From assembly GCA_032718475.1 (NCBI GenBank), contig JAUCBJ010002209.1, forward strand, positions 1 through 47,696: DNA of 47,696 bases, in the 5' to 3' direction. Position numbers and translations under genes: made by a program. A model generated the notes under the pieces. That model was not told the origin of the DNA and did not search any database. It saw nothing but the letters and a program-made list of their open reading frames with translations. This document shows positions 21,901-37,200 of this stretch, in pieces. Source of the DNA: Nemertoderma westbladi (taxonomy: Eukaryota; Animalia; Xenacoelomorpha). Each line of letters opens with the position of its first letter. Position 1 is the first letter of the stretch.

Positions 21901-24900
21901 CAATATATATTATATAAATAAGTGATTGTCCGCGGAACAATATATATTCTATTAATAACTGGTTGTCCGCGGAACAATATATATTGTATAAATAAGTGGT
22001 TGTCCGCGGAACAATATATATTATATAAATAAGTGATTGTCCGCGGAACAATATATATTATATAAATAAGTGATTTTCCGCGGAACAATATATATTCTAT
22101 TAATAAGTGGTTGTCCGCGGAACAATATATATTGTATAAATAAGTGGTTGTCCGCGGAACAATATATATTATATAAATAAGGGATTGTCCGCGGAATAAT
22201 ATATATTATATAAATAAGTGATTGTCCGCGGAACAATATATATTCTATAAATAAGTGATTGTCCGCGGAACAATATATATTCTATAAATAAGTGATTGTC
22301 CGCGGAACAATATATATTCTATAAATAAGTGGTTGTCCGCGGAACAATATATATTGTATAAATAAGTGGTTGTCCGCGGAACAATATATATTATATAAAT
22401 AAGTGATTGTCCGCGGAACAATATATATTCTATAAATAAGTGGTTGTCCGCGGAACAATATATATTATATAAATAAGTGGTTGTCCGCGGAACAATATAT
22501 ATATTCTATAAATAAGTGATTGTCCGCGGAACAATATATATTCTATAAATAAGTGGTTGTCCGCGGAACAATATATATATTGTATAAATAAGTGGTTGTC
22601 CGCGAAACAATATATATTATATAAATAAGTGATTGTCCGCGGAACAATATATATTCTATAAATAAGTGGTTGTCCGCGGAACAATATATATTCCCTAAAT
22701 AAGTGATTGTCCGCGGAACAATATATATTCTATAAATAAGTGGTTGTCCGCGGAACAATATATATTCTATAATAAGTGATTGTCCGCGGAACAATATATA
22801 TTCTATAAATAAGCGGTTGTCCGCGGAACAATATATATTGTATAAATAAGTGGTTGTCCGCGGAACAATATATATTATATAAATAAGTGATTGTCCGCGG
22901 AACAATATATATTGTATAAATAAGTGGTTGTCCGCGGAACAATATATATTGTATAAATAAGTGGTTGTCCGCGGAACAATATATATTCTATAAATAAGTG
23001 GTTGTCCGCGGAACAATATATATTCTATAAATAAGTGATTGTCCGCGAAACAATATATATTGTATAAATAAGTGATTGTCCGCGGAACAATATATATTCT
23101 ATAAATAAGTGGTTGTAAGCGGAACAATATATATTCTATAAATAAGTGGTTGTCCGCGGAACAATACATATTCTATAAATAAGTGATTGTCCGCGCAACA
23201 ACATATATTCTATAAATAAGTGATTGTCCGCGGTGCAATATATATTGTATAAATAAGTGGTTGTCCGCGGAACAATATATATTCTATAAATAAGTGGTTG
23301 TAAGCGGAAAAATATATATTCTATAAATAAGTGGTTGTCCGCGGAACAATATATATTCTATAAATAAGTGATTGTCCGCGCAACAATATATATTCCATAA
23401 ATAAGTGGTTGTCCGCGCAACAATATATATTCTACAAATAAGTGGTTGTCCGCGGAACAATATATATTCTATAAATAAGTGGTTGTCCTCGGAACAATAT
23501 ATATTCTATAAATAAGTGGTTGTCCGCGCAACAATATATATTCTATAAATAAGTGGTTGTCCGCGGAACAATATATATATTGTATAAATAAGTGGTTGTC
23601 CGCGGAACAATATATATTGTATAAATAAGTGATTGTCCGCGCAACAATATATATTCTATAAATAAGTGATTGTCCGCGGTGCAATATATATTGTATAAAT
23701 AAGTGGTTGTCCGCGCAACAATAGATATTCCATAAATAAGTGGTTGTCCGCGGAACAATATATATTCTATAAATAAGTGGTTGTCCGCGCAACAATAGAT
23801 ATTCCATAAATAAGTGGTTGTCCGCGGAACAATATATATTCTATAAATAAGTGGTTGTCCGCGCAACAATATATATTCTATAAATAAGTGGTTGTCCGCG
23901 GAACAATATATATTCTATAAATAAGTGGTTGTCCGCGGAACAATATATATTCTATAAATAAGTGATTGTCCGCGGAACAATATATATTCTATAAATAAGT
24001 GGTTGTCCGCGGAACAATATATATTCTATAAATAAGTGATTGTCCGCGGAACAATATATATTCTATAAATAAGTGGTTGTCCGCGGAACAATATATATTC
24101 TATAAATAAGTGATTGTCCGCGGAACAATATATATTCTATAAATAAGTGATTGTCCGCGGAACAATATATATTCTATAAATAAGTGGTCGTCCGCGGAAC
24201 AATATATATTCTATAAATAAGTGGTTGTCCGCGGAACAATATATATTCTATAAATAAGTGGTTGTCCGCGGAACAATATATATTCTATAAATAAGTGATT
24301 GTCCGCGGAACAATATATATTCTATAAATAAGTGATTGTCCGCGGTGCAATATATATTCTATAAATAAGTGGTTGTCCACGGAACAATATATATTCTATA
24401 AATAAGTGGTTGTCCGCGGAACAATATATATTCTATAAATAAGTGATTGTCCGCGGAACAATATATATTCTATAAATAAGTGGTTGTCCGCGGAACAATA
24501 TATATTCTATAAATAAGTGATTGTCCGCGGAACAATATATATTCTATAAATAAGTGGTTGTCCGCGGAACAATATATATTCTATAAATAAGTGATTGTCC
24601 GCGGAACAATATATATTCTATAAATAAGTGATTGTCCGCGGTGCAATATATATTCTATAAATAAGTGATTGTCCGCGGAACAATATATATTCTATAAATA
24701 AGTGGTTGTCCGCGGAACAATATATATTCTATAAATAAGTGATTGTCCGCGGAACAATATATATTCTATAAATAAGTGATTGTCCGCGGAACAATATATA
24801 TTCTATAAATAAGTGGTTGTCCGCGGAACAATATATATTCTATAAATAAGTGGTTGTCCGCGGAACAATATATATTCTATAAATAAGTGGTTGTCCGCGG

Positions 24901-25017
24901 AACAATATATATTCTATAAATAAGTGATTGTCCGCGGTGCAATATATATTCTATAAATAAGTGGTTGTCCACGGTGCAATATATATTGTATAAATAAGTG
25001 GTTGTCCACGGTGCAAT
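18901..25017. repeat. 37-bp satellite (about 165 units), AATATATATTCTATAAATAAGTGGTTGTCCGCGGAAC
   Basis: Head-to-tail 37-bp period with point variants and no spacers. Confidence 0.97.
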
Positions 25018-25260
25018 TTTCCGGGGGAAATTATCCATGTGGAAAAATTGTCCTACAATAGTTGTTCCTCAAGTGTCACTATAAGAATTAGTAGCAATTA
25101 GTTGGACTTCGTACAAGAGAACCAAAATAGAAAATGATGGCATTAGGGAGAATGTTATATCTTTGCAAAAATTCGTGGGTTAGTAGCTTATTTAGTGAAG
25201 GCATATTTATCCTGCTATTCGTCTTGAAGAGAAGTTGGAAAATAAATTATCATTAAATAA

Positions 25261-28200
25261 ATAGTCCTTATAGTATGTATGTATGTATAGTCCTTACTGT
25301 ATGTATGTATAGTCTTTATAGTATGTATGTATGTATGTATAGTCCTTATAGTATGTATGTATGTATTTATAGTTCTTATAGTATGTATGTATGTATATAG
25401 TCCTTATAGTATGTATGTATGTATAGTCCTTATAGTATGTATGTATGTATAGTCCTTATAGTATGTATGTATGTATAGTCCTTATAGTATGTATGTATGT
25501 ATAGTCCTTATAGTATGTATGTATGTGTAGTCCTTATAGTATGTATGTATGTATAGTCCTTGTAGTATGTATAGTCCTTATAGTATGTATGTATGTAGTA
25601 TAGTCCTTATAGTATGTATAGTCCTTATAGTATGTATGTATGTATAGTCCTTATAGTATGTATAGTCCTTATAGTATGTATGTATGTATAGTCCTTATAG
25701 TATGTATAGTCCTTATAGTATGTATAGTCCTTATAGTATGTATGTATGTATAGTCCTTATAGTATGTATAGTCCTTATAGTATGTATGTATGTATAGTCC
25801 TTATAGTATGTATAGTCCTTATAGTATGTATAGTCCTTATAGTATGTATGTATGTATAGTCCTTATAGTATGTATAGTCCTTATCGTATGTATAGTCCTT
25901 ATAGTATGTATGTATGTATAGTCCTTATAGTATGTATAGTCCTTATATTATGTATGTATGTATAGCCCTTATAGTATGTATGTATTAATAGTCCTTATAG
26001 TATGTATGTATGTATAGCCCTTATAGTATGTATGTATTAATAGTCCTTATAGTATGTATGTATGTATAGTCCTTATAGTATGTATAGTCCTTATAGTATG
26101 TATGTATGTATAGTCCTTATAGTATGTATGTATAGTCCTTATAGTATGTATGTATATAGTCCTTATAGTATGTATGTATGTATGTATAGTCCTTATAGTC
26201 TGTATGTATGTATAGTCCTTATAGTATGTATGTATAGTCCTTATAGTATGTATGTATAGCCCTTATAGTATGTATGTATGTATAGCCCTTATAGTATGTA
26301 TGTATGTATAGTCCTTATAGTATGTATGTATGTATTTATAGTTCTTATAGTATGTATGTATGTATATAGTCCTTATAGTATGTATGTATGTATAGTCCTT
26401 ATAGTATGTATGTATGTATAGTCCTTATAGTATGTATGTATGTATAGTCCTTATAGTATGTATGTATGTATAGTCCTTATAGTATGTATGTATGTGTAGT
26501 CCTTATAGTATGTATGTATGTATTTATAGTTCTTATAGTATGTATGTATGTATATAGTCCTTATAGTATGTATGTATGTATAGTCCTTATAGTATGTATG
26601 TATGTGTAGTCCTTATAGTATGTATGTATGTATTTATAGTCCTTATAGTATGTATGTATGTATAGTCCTTATAGTATGTATAGTCCTTATAGTATGTATG
26701 TATGTATAGTCCTTATAGTATGTATAGTCCTTATAGTATGTATGTATGTATAGTCCTTATAGTATGTATAGTCCTTATAGTATGTATGTATGTATAGTCC
26801 TTATAGTATGTATAGTCCTTATAGTATGTATAGTCCTTATAGTATGTATGTATGTATAGTCCTTATAGTATGTATAGTCCTTATAGTATGTATGTATGTA
26901 TAGTCCTTATAGTATGTATAGTCCTTATAGTATGTATAGTCCTTATAGTATGTATGTATGTATAGTCCTTATAGTATGTATAGTCCTTATCGTATGTATA
27001 GTCCTTATAGTATGTATGTATGTATAGTCCTTATAGTATGTATAGTCCTTATAGTATGTATGTATGTATAGTCCTTATAGTATGTATGTATGTATAGTCC
27101 TTATAGTATGTATGTATGTATAGCCCTTATAGTATGTATGTATGTATAGCCCTTATAGTATGTATGTCTGTATGTATGTATAGTCCTTATAGTATGTATG
27201 TATGTATAGTCCTTATAGTATGTATAATCCTTATAGTATGTATGTATGTATAGTCCTTATAGTATGTATAGTCCTTATAGTATGTATAGTCCTTATAGTA
27301 TGTATGTATGTATAGCCCTTATAGTATGTATGTATGTATAGTCCTTATAGTATGTATGTATGTATAGCCCTTATAGTATGTATGTATGTATGTATGTATA
27401 GTCCTTATAGTATGTATGTATGTATGTATGTATAGTCCTTATAGTATGTATGTATGTATAGCCCTTATAGTATGTATGTATTAATAGTCCTTATAGTATG
27501 TATGTATGTATAGCCCTTATAGTATGTATGTATTAATAGTCCTTATAGTATGTATGTATGTATAGTCCTTATAGTATGTATAGTCCTTATAGTATGTATG
27601 TATGTATAGTCCTTATAGTATGTATGTATAGTCCTTATAGTATGTATGTATATAGTCCTTATAGTATGTATGTATGTATGTATAGTCCTTATAGTCTGTA
27701 TGTATGTATAGTCCTTATAGTATGTATGTATAGTCCTTATAGTATGTATGTATAGCCCTTATAGTATGTATGTATGTATAGCCCTTATAGTATGTATGTA
27801 TGTATAGTCCTTATAGTATGTATGTATGTATTTATAGTTCTTATAGTATGTATGTATGTATATAGTCCTTATAGTATGTATGTATGTATAGTCCTTATAG
27901 TATGTATGTATGTATAGTCCTTATAGTATGTATGTATGTATAGTCCTTATAGTATGTATGTATGTATAGTCCTTATAGTATGTATGTATGTGTAGTCCTT
28001 ATAGTATGTATGTATGTATTTATAGTTCTTATAGTATGTATGTATGTATATAGTCCTTATAGTATGTATGTATGTATAGTCCTTATAGTATGTATGTATG
28101 TGTAGTCCTTATAGTATGTATGTATGTATTTATAGTCCTTATAGTATGTATGTATGTATAGTCCTTATAGTATGTATAGTCCTTATAGTATGTATGTATG

Positions 28201-31200
28201 TATAGTCCTTATAGTATGTATAGTCCTTATAGTATGTATGTATGTATAGTCCTTATAGTATGTATAGTCCTTATAGTATGTATGTATGTATAGTCCTTAT
28301 AGTATGTATAGTCCTTATAGTATGTATAGTCCTTATAGTATGTATAGTCCTTATAGTATGTATGTATGTATAGTCCTTATAGTATGTATAGTCCTTATAG
28401 TATGTATGTATGTATAGTCCTCATAGTATGTATAGTCCTTATAGTATGTATAGTCCTTATAGTATGTATAGTCCTTATAGTATGTATGTATGTATAGTCC
28501 TTATAGTATGTATAGTCCTTATCGTATGTATAGTCCTTATAGAATAAATGTATGTATAGTCCTTATAGTATGTATAGTCCTTATAGTATGTATGTATGTA
28601 TAGTCCTTATAGTATGTATGTATGTATAGTCCTTATAGTATGTATGTATGTATAGCCCTTATAGTATGTATGTATGTATAGCCCTTATAGTATGTATGTC
28701 TGTATGTATGTATAGTCCTTATAGTATGTATGTATGTATAGTCCTTATAGTATGTATAGTCCTTATAGTATGTATGTATGTATAGTCCTTATAGTATGTA
28801 TAGTCCTTATAGTATGTATAGTCCTTATAGTATGTATGTATGTATAGCCCTTATAGTATGTATGTATGTATAGTCCTTATAGTATGTATGTATGTATAGC
28901 CCTTATAGTATGTATGTATGTATGTATGTATAGTCCTTATAGTATGTATGTATGGATGTATGTATAGTCCTTATAGTATGTATGTATGTATAGCCCTTAT
29001 AGTATGTATGTATTAATAGTCCTTATAGTATGTATGTATGTATAGCCCTTATAGTATGTATGTATTAATAGTCCTTATAGTATGTATGTATGTATAGTCC
29101 TTATAGTATGTATAGTCCTTATAGTATGTATGTATGTATAGTCCTTATAGTATGTATGTATAGTCCTTATAGTATGTATGTATATAGTCCTTATAGTATG
29201 TATGTATGTATGTATAGTCCTTATAGTCTGTATGTATGTATAGTCTTTATAGTATGTATGTATAGTCCTTATAGTATGTATGTATAGCCCTTATAGTATG
29301 TATGTATGTATAGCCCTTATAGTATGTATGTATGTATAGTCCTTATAGTATGTATGTATGTATAGTCCTTATAGTATGTATGTATATAGTCCTTATAGTA
29401 TGTATGTATGTATAGTCCTTATAGTATGTATGTATGTATAGTCCTTATAGTATGTATGTATAGTCCTTATAGTATGTATAGTCCTTATAGTATGTATAGT
29501 CCTTATAGTATGTATGTATGTATAGTCCTTATAGTATGTATGTATGTATAGTCCTTATAGTATGTATAGTCCTTATAGTATGTATGTATGTATGTATGTA
29601 TAGTCCTTATAGTATGTATGTATGTATGTATGTATAGTCCTTATAGTATGTATGTATGTATGTATGTATGTATAGTCCTTATAGTATGTATGTATGTATA
29701 GCCCTTATAGTATGTAGTATGTATGTATGTATAGTCCTTATAGTATGTATGTATGTATGTATGTATAGTCCTTATAGTATGTATGTATGTATAGCCCTTA
29801 TAGTATGTATGTATTAATAGTCCTTATAGTCTGTATGTATGTATAGTCCTTATAGTATGTATGTATGTATAGTCCTTATAGTATGTATGTATGTATAGTC
29901 CTTATAGTATGTATGTATGTATGTATGTATGTATAGTCCTTATAGTATGTATGTATGTATAGCCCTTATAGTATGTATGTATTATAGTCCTTATAGTATG
30001 TATGTATGTATAGTCCTTATAGTATGTATAGTCCTTATAGTATGTATGTATGTATAGTCCTTATAGTATGTATGTATAGTCCTTATAGTATGTATGTATA
30101 TAGTCCTTATAGTATGTATGTTGTATGTATGTATAGTCCTTATAGTCTGTATGTATGTATAGTCCTTATAGTATGTATGTATAGTCCTTATAGTATGTAT
30201 GTATAGCCCTTATAGTATGTATGTATGTATAGCCCTTATAGTATGTATGTATGTATAGTCCTTATAGTATGTATGTATGTATAGTCCTTATAGCATGTAT
30301 GTAGTATAGTCCTTATAGTATGTATGTATGTATAGTCCTTATAGTATGTATGTATGTATAGTCCTTATAGTATGTATGTATAGTCCTTATAGTATGTATA
30401 GTCCTTATAGTATGTATAGTCCTTATAGTATGTATGTATGTATAGTCCTTATAGTATGTATAGTCCTTATAGTATGTATGTATGTATAGTCCTTATAGTA
30501 TGTATGTATGTATAGTCCTTATAGTATGTATGTATGTATAGTCCTTATAGTATGTATGTATGTATAGTCCTTATAGTATGTATGTATGTATAGTCCTTAT
30601 AGTATGTATGTATGTATAGTCCTTATAGTATGTATGTATAGTCCTTATAGTATGTATAGTCCTTATAGTATGTATGTATGTATAGTCCTTATAGTATGTA
30701 TAGTCCTTATAGTATGTATGTATGTATAGCCCTTATAGTATGTATGTATGTATAGTCCTTATAGTATGTATGTATGTATAGTCCTTATAGTATGTATGTA
30801 TATAGTCCTTATAGTATGTATGTATGTATAGTCCTTATAGTATGTATGTATGTATAGTCCTTATAGTATGTATGTATGTATAGCCCTTATAGTATGTATG
30901 TATGTATAGTCCTTATAGTATGTATGTATGTATAGTCCTTATAGTATGTATGCCTATGTATGTATAGTCCTTATAGTATGTATGTATGTATAGTCCTTAT
31001 AGTATGTATGTATGTATAGTCCTTATAGTATGTATGTATAGTCCTTATAGTATGTATGTATAGTCCTTATAGTATGTATAGTCCTTATAGTATGTATAGT
31101 CCTTATAGTATGTATAGTCCTTATAGTATGTATGTATGTATAGTCCTTATAGTATGTATAGTCCTTATAGTATGTATGTATGTATAGTCCTTATAGTATG

Positions 31201-34200
31201 TATGTATGTATAGTCCTTATAGTATGTATGTATGTATAGTCCTTATAGTATGTATGTATGTATAGTCCTTATAGTATGTATAGTCCTTATAGTATGTATG
31301 TATTTATAGTCCTTATAGTATGTATGTATGTATAGTCCTTATAGTATGTATAGTCCTTATAGTATGTATGTATTTATAGTCCTTATAGTATGTATGTATG
31401 TATAGCCCTTATAGTATGTATGTATGTATAGCCCTTATAGTATGTATGTATGTATAGTCCTTATAGTATGTATGTATGTATAGCCCTTATAGTATGTATG
31501 TATGTATAGCCCTTATAGTATGTATGTATGTATAGCCCTTATAGTATGTATGTATTTATAGTCCTTATAGTATGTATGTATGTATAGCCCTTATAGTATG
31601 TATGTATGTATAGCCCTTATAGTATGTATGTATGTATAGTCCTTATAGTATGTATGTATGTATAGTCCTTATAGTATGTATAGTCCTTATAGTATGTATG
31701 TATTTATAGTCCTTATAGTATGTATGTATGTATAGCCCTTATAGTATGTATGTATGTATAGCCCTTATAGTATGTATGTATGTATAGTCCTTATAGTATG
31801 TATGTATGTATAGTCCTTATAGTATGTATAGTCCTTATAGTATGTATGTATTTATAGTCCTTATAGTATGTATGTATGTATAGCCCTTATAGTATGTATG
31901 TATGTATAGTCCTTATAGTATGTATGTATGTATAGTCCTTATAGTATGTATGTATGTATAGTCCTTATAGTATGTATGTATTTATAGTCCTTATAGTATG
32001 TATGTATGTATAGCCCTTATAGTATGTATGTATGTATAGCCCTTATAGTATGTATGTATGTATAGTCCTTATAGTATGTATGTATGTATAGTCCTTATAG
32101 TATGTATAGTCCTTATAGTATGTATGTATTTATAGTCCTTATAGTATGTATGTATGTATAGCCCTTATAGTATGTATGTATGTATAGCCCTTATAGTATG
32201 TATGTATGTATAGTCCTTATAGTATGTATGTATGTATAGTCCTTATAGTATGTATAGTCCTTATAGTATGTATGTATTTATAGTCCTTATAGTATGTATG
32301 TATGTATAGTCCTTATAGTATGTATAGTCCTTATAGTATGTATGTATTTATAGTCCTTATAGTATGTATGTATGTATGTATAGTCCTTATAGTATGTATG
32401 TATGTATAGTCCTTATAGTATGTATAGTCCTTATAGTATGTATGTATGTATAGTCCTTATAGTATGTATGTATGTATAGCCCTTATAGTATGTATGTATG
32501 TATAGTCCTTATAGTATGTATAGTCCTTATAGTATGTATGTATGTATAGTCCTTATAGTATGTATGTATGTATAGTCCTTATAGTATGTATGTATTTATA
32601 GTCCTTATAGTATGTATGTATGTATAGTCCTTATAGTCTGTTGTATGTATAGCCCTTATAGTATGTATGTATGTATAGTCCTTATAGTATGTATGTATGT
32701 ATAGTCCTTATAGTATGTATGTATGTATAGTCCTTATAGTATGTATAGTCCTTATAGTATGTATGTATTTATAGTCCTTATAGTATGTATGTATGTATAG
32801 CCCTTATAGTATGTATGTATGTATAGTCCTTATAGTATGTATGTATGTATAGTCCTTATAGTATGTATGTATGTATAGCCCTTATAGTATGTATGTATGT
32901 ATAGTCCTTATAGTATGTATAGTCCTTATAGTATGTATGTATGTATAGCCCTTATAGTATGTATGTATGTATAGTCCTTATAGTATGTATGTATTTATAG
33001 TCCTTATAGTATGTATGTATGTATAGTCCTTATAGTATGTATAGTCCTTATAGTATGTATGTATTTATAGTCCTTATAGTATGTATGTATGTATAGTCCT
33101 TATAGTATGTATAGTCCTTATAGTATGTATGTATTTATAGTCCTTATAGTATGTATGTATGTATAGCCCTTATAGTATGTATGTATGTATAGCCCTTATA
33201 GTATGTATGTATGTATAGTCCTTATAGTATGTATAGTCCTTATAGTATGTATGTATGTATAGCCCTTATAGTATGTATGTATGTATAGCCCTTATAGTAT
33301 GTATGTATTTATAGTCCTTATAGTATGTATGTATGTATAGTCCTTATAGTATGTATAGTCCTTATAGTATGTATGTATTTATAGTCCTTATAGTATGTAT
33401 GTATGTATAGCCCTTATAGTATGTATGTATGTATAGCCCTTATAGTATGTATGTATGTATAGTCCTTATAGTATGTATAGTCCTTATAGTATGTATGTAT
33501 TTATAGTCCTTATAGTGTGTATGTATGTATAGCCCTTATAGTATGTATGTATGTATAGCCCTTATAGTATGTATGTATGTATAGTCCTTATAGTATGTAT
33601 GTATGTATAGTCCTTATAGTATGTATGTATGTATAGTCCTTATAGTCTGTATGTATGTATAGTCCTTATAGTATGTATGTATGTATAGTCCTTATAGTCT
33701 GTATGTATGTATAGTCCTTATAGTATGTATAGTCCTTATAGTATGTATGTATTTATAGTCCTTATAGTATGTATGTATGTATAGTCCTTATAGTATGTAT
33801 AGTCCTTATAGTATGTATGTATTTATAGTCCTTATAGTATGTATGTATGTATGTATAGTCCTTATAGTATGTATGTATGTATAGTCCTTATAGTATGTAT
33901 AGTCCTTATAGTATGTATGTATATATAGTCCTTATAGTATGTATGTATGTATAGCCCTTATAGTATGTATGTATTTATAGTCCTTATAGTATGTATAGTC
34001 CTTATAGTATGTATAGTCCTTATAGTATTTATAGTCCTTATAGTATGTATAGTCCTTATAGTATGTATGTATGTATAGTCCTTATAGTATGTATGTATGT
34101 ATAGTCCTTATAGTATGTATGTATTTATAGTCCTTATAGTATGTATGTATGTATAGCCCTTATAGTATGTATGTATGTATAGTCCTTATAGTATGTAAGT

Positions 34201-37200
34201 ATGTATAGCCCTTATAGTATGTATGTATGTATAGTCCTTATAGTATGTATAGTCCTTATAGTATGTATGTATTTATAGTCCTTATAGTATGTATGTATGT
34301 ATAGCCCTTATAGTATGTATGTATGTATAGCCCTTATAGTACGTATGTATGTATAGTCCTTATAGTATGTATGTATGTATAGCCCTTATAGTATGTATGT
34401 ATGTATAGCCCTTATAGTATGTATGTATGTATAGTCCTTATAGTATGTATGTATGTATAGCCCTTATAGTATGTATGTATGTATAGTCCTTATAGTATGT
34501 ATGTATGTATAGCCCTTATAGTATGTATGTATGTATAGTCCTTATAGTATGTATAGTCCTTATAGTATGTATGTATGTATAGCCCTTATAGTATGTATGT
34601 ATGTATAGTCCTTATAGTATGTATGTATTTATAGTCCTTATAGTATGTATGTATGTATAGTCCTTATAGTATGTATAGTCCTTATAGTATGTATGTATTT
34701 ATAGTCCTTATAGTATGTATGTATGTATAGTCCTTATAGTATGTATAGTCCTTATAGTATGTATGTATTTATAGTCCTTATAGTGTGTATGTATGTATAG
34801 TCCTTATAGTATGTATGTATGTATGTATGTATAGTCCTTATAGTATGTATAGTCCTTATAGTATGTATGTATTTATAGTCCTTATAGTATGTATAGTCCT
34901 TATAGTATGTATAGTCCTTATAGTATGTATGTATTTATAGTCCTTATAGTATGTATGTATGTATAGTCCTTATAGTATGTATAGTCCTTATAGTATGTAT
35001 GTATTTATAGTCCTTATAGTGTGTATGTATGTATAGTCCTTATAGTATGTATGTATGTATGTATGTATAGTCCTTATAGTATGTATAGTCCTTATAGTAT
35101 GTATGTATTTATAGTCCTTATAGTATGTATGTATGTATAGTCCTTATAGTATGTATGTATTTATAGTCCTTATAGTATGTATGTATGTATAGTCCTTATA
35201 GTATGTATAGTCCTTATAGTATGTATGTATTTATAGTCCTTATAGTGTGTATGTATGTATAGTCCTTATAGTATGTATGTATTTATAGTCCTTATAGTAT
35301 GTATGTATGTATAGTCCTTATAGTATGTATAGTCCTTATAGTATGTATGTATTTATAGTCCTTATAGTGTGTATGTATGTATAGTCCTTATAGTATGTAT
35401 GTATGTATGTATGTATAGTCCTTATAGTATGTATAGTCCTTATAGTATGTATGTATTTATAGTCCTTATAGTATGTATGTATGTATAGTCCTTATAGTAT
35501 GTATGTATTTATAGTCCTTATAGTATGTATGTATGTATAGTCCTTATAGTATGTATAGTCCTTATAGTATGTATGTATTTATAGTCCTTATAGTGTGTAT
35601 GTATGTATAGTCCTTATAGTATGTATGTATGTATGTATGTATAGTCCTTATAGTATGTATAGTCCTTATAGTATGTATGTATTTATAGTCCTTATAGTAT
35701 GTATAGTCCTTATAGTATGTATAGTCCTTATAGTATGTATAGCCCTTATAGTATGTATGTATGTATAGCCCTTATAGTATGTATGTATGTATAGTCCTTA
35801 TAGTATGTATAGTCCTTATAGTATGTATGTATGTATAGCCCTTATAGTATGTATGTATGTATAGCCCTTATAGAATGTATGTATTTATAGTCCTTATAGT
35901 ATGTATGTATGTATAGTCCTTATAGTATGTATAGTCCTTATAGTATGTATGTATTTATAGTCCTTATAGTATGTATGTATGTATAACCCTTATAGTATGT
36001 ATGTATGTATAGCCCTTATAGTATGTATGTATGTATAGTCCTTATAGTATGTATAGTCCTTATAGTATGTATGTATTTATAGTCCTTATAGTGTGTATGT
36101 ATGTATAGCCCTTATAGTATGTATGTATGTATAGCCCTTATAGTATGTATGTATGTATAGTCCTTATAGTATGTATGTATGTATAGTCCTTATAGTATGT
36201 ATGTATGTATAGTCCTTATAGTCTGTATGTATGTATAGTCCTTATAGTATGTATGTATGTATAGTCCTTATAGTCTGTATGTATGTATAGTCCTTATAGT
36301 ATGTATAGTCCTTATAGTATGTATGTATTTATAGTCCTTATAGTATGTATGTATGTATAGTCCTTATAGTATGTATAGTCCTTATAGTATGTATGTATTT
36401 ATAGTCCTTATAGTATGTATGTATGTATGTATAGTCCTTATAGTATGTATGTATGTATAGTCCTTATAGTATGTATAGTCCTTATAGTATGTATGTATGT
36501 ATGTATGTATGTATGTATGTATGTATGTATGTATGTATGTATAGTCCTTATAGTATGTATAGTCCTTATAGTATGTATGTATTTATAGTCCTTATAGTAT
36601 GTATGTATGTATGTATAGTCCTTATAGTATGTATGTATGTATAGTCCTTATAGTATGTATAGTCCTTATAGTATGTATGTATGTATGTATGTATGTATGT
36701 ATAGTCCTAAAAAGTATGTATGTATAGTCCTTATAGTATGTATGTATATATAGTCCTTATAGTATGTATGTATGTATAGCCCTTATAGTATGTATGTATT
36801 TATAGTCCTTATAGTATGTATAGTCCTTATAGTATGTATAGTCCTTATAGTATTTATAGTCCTTATAGTATGTATAGTCCTTATAGTATGTATGTATGTA
36901 TAGTCCTTATAGTATGTATGTATGTATAGTCCTTATAGTATGTATGTATTTATAGTCCTTATAGTATGTATGTATGTATAGCCCTTATAGTATGTATGTA
37001 TGTATAGTCCTTATAGTATGTAAGTATGTATAGCCCTTATAGTATGTATGTATGTATAGTCCTTATAGTATGTATAGTCCTTATAGTATGTATGTATTTA
37101 TAGTCCTTATAGTATGTATGTATGTATAGCCCTTATAGTATGTATGTATGTATAGCCCTTATAGTACGTATGTATGTATAGTCCTTATAGTATGTATGTA

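Noticed and set aside
18901-25017. CRISPR array (37-bp repeat with palindromic core)
   Set aside because: Units are head-to-tail with no unique spacers, there are no cas genes, and the context is eukaryotic.
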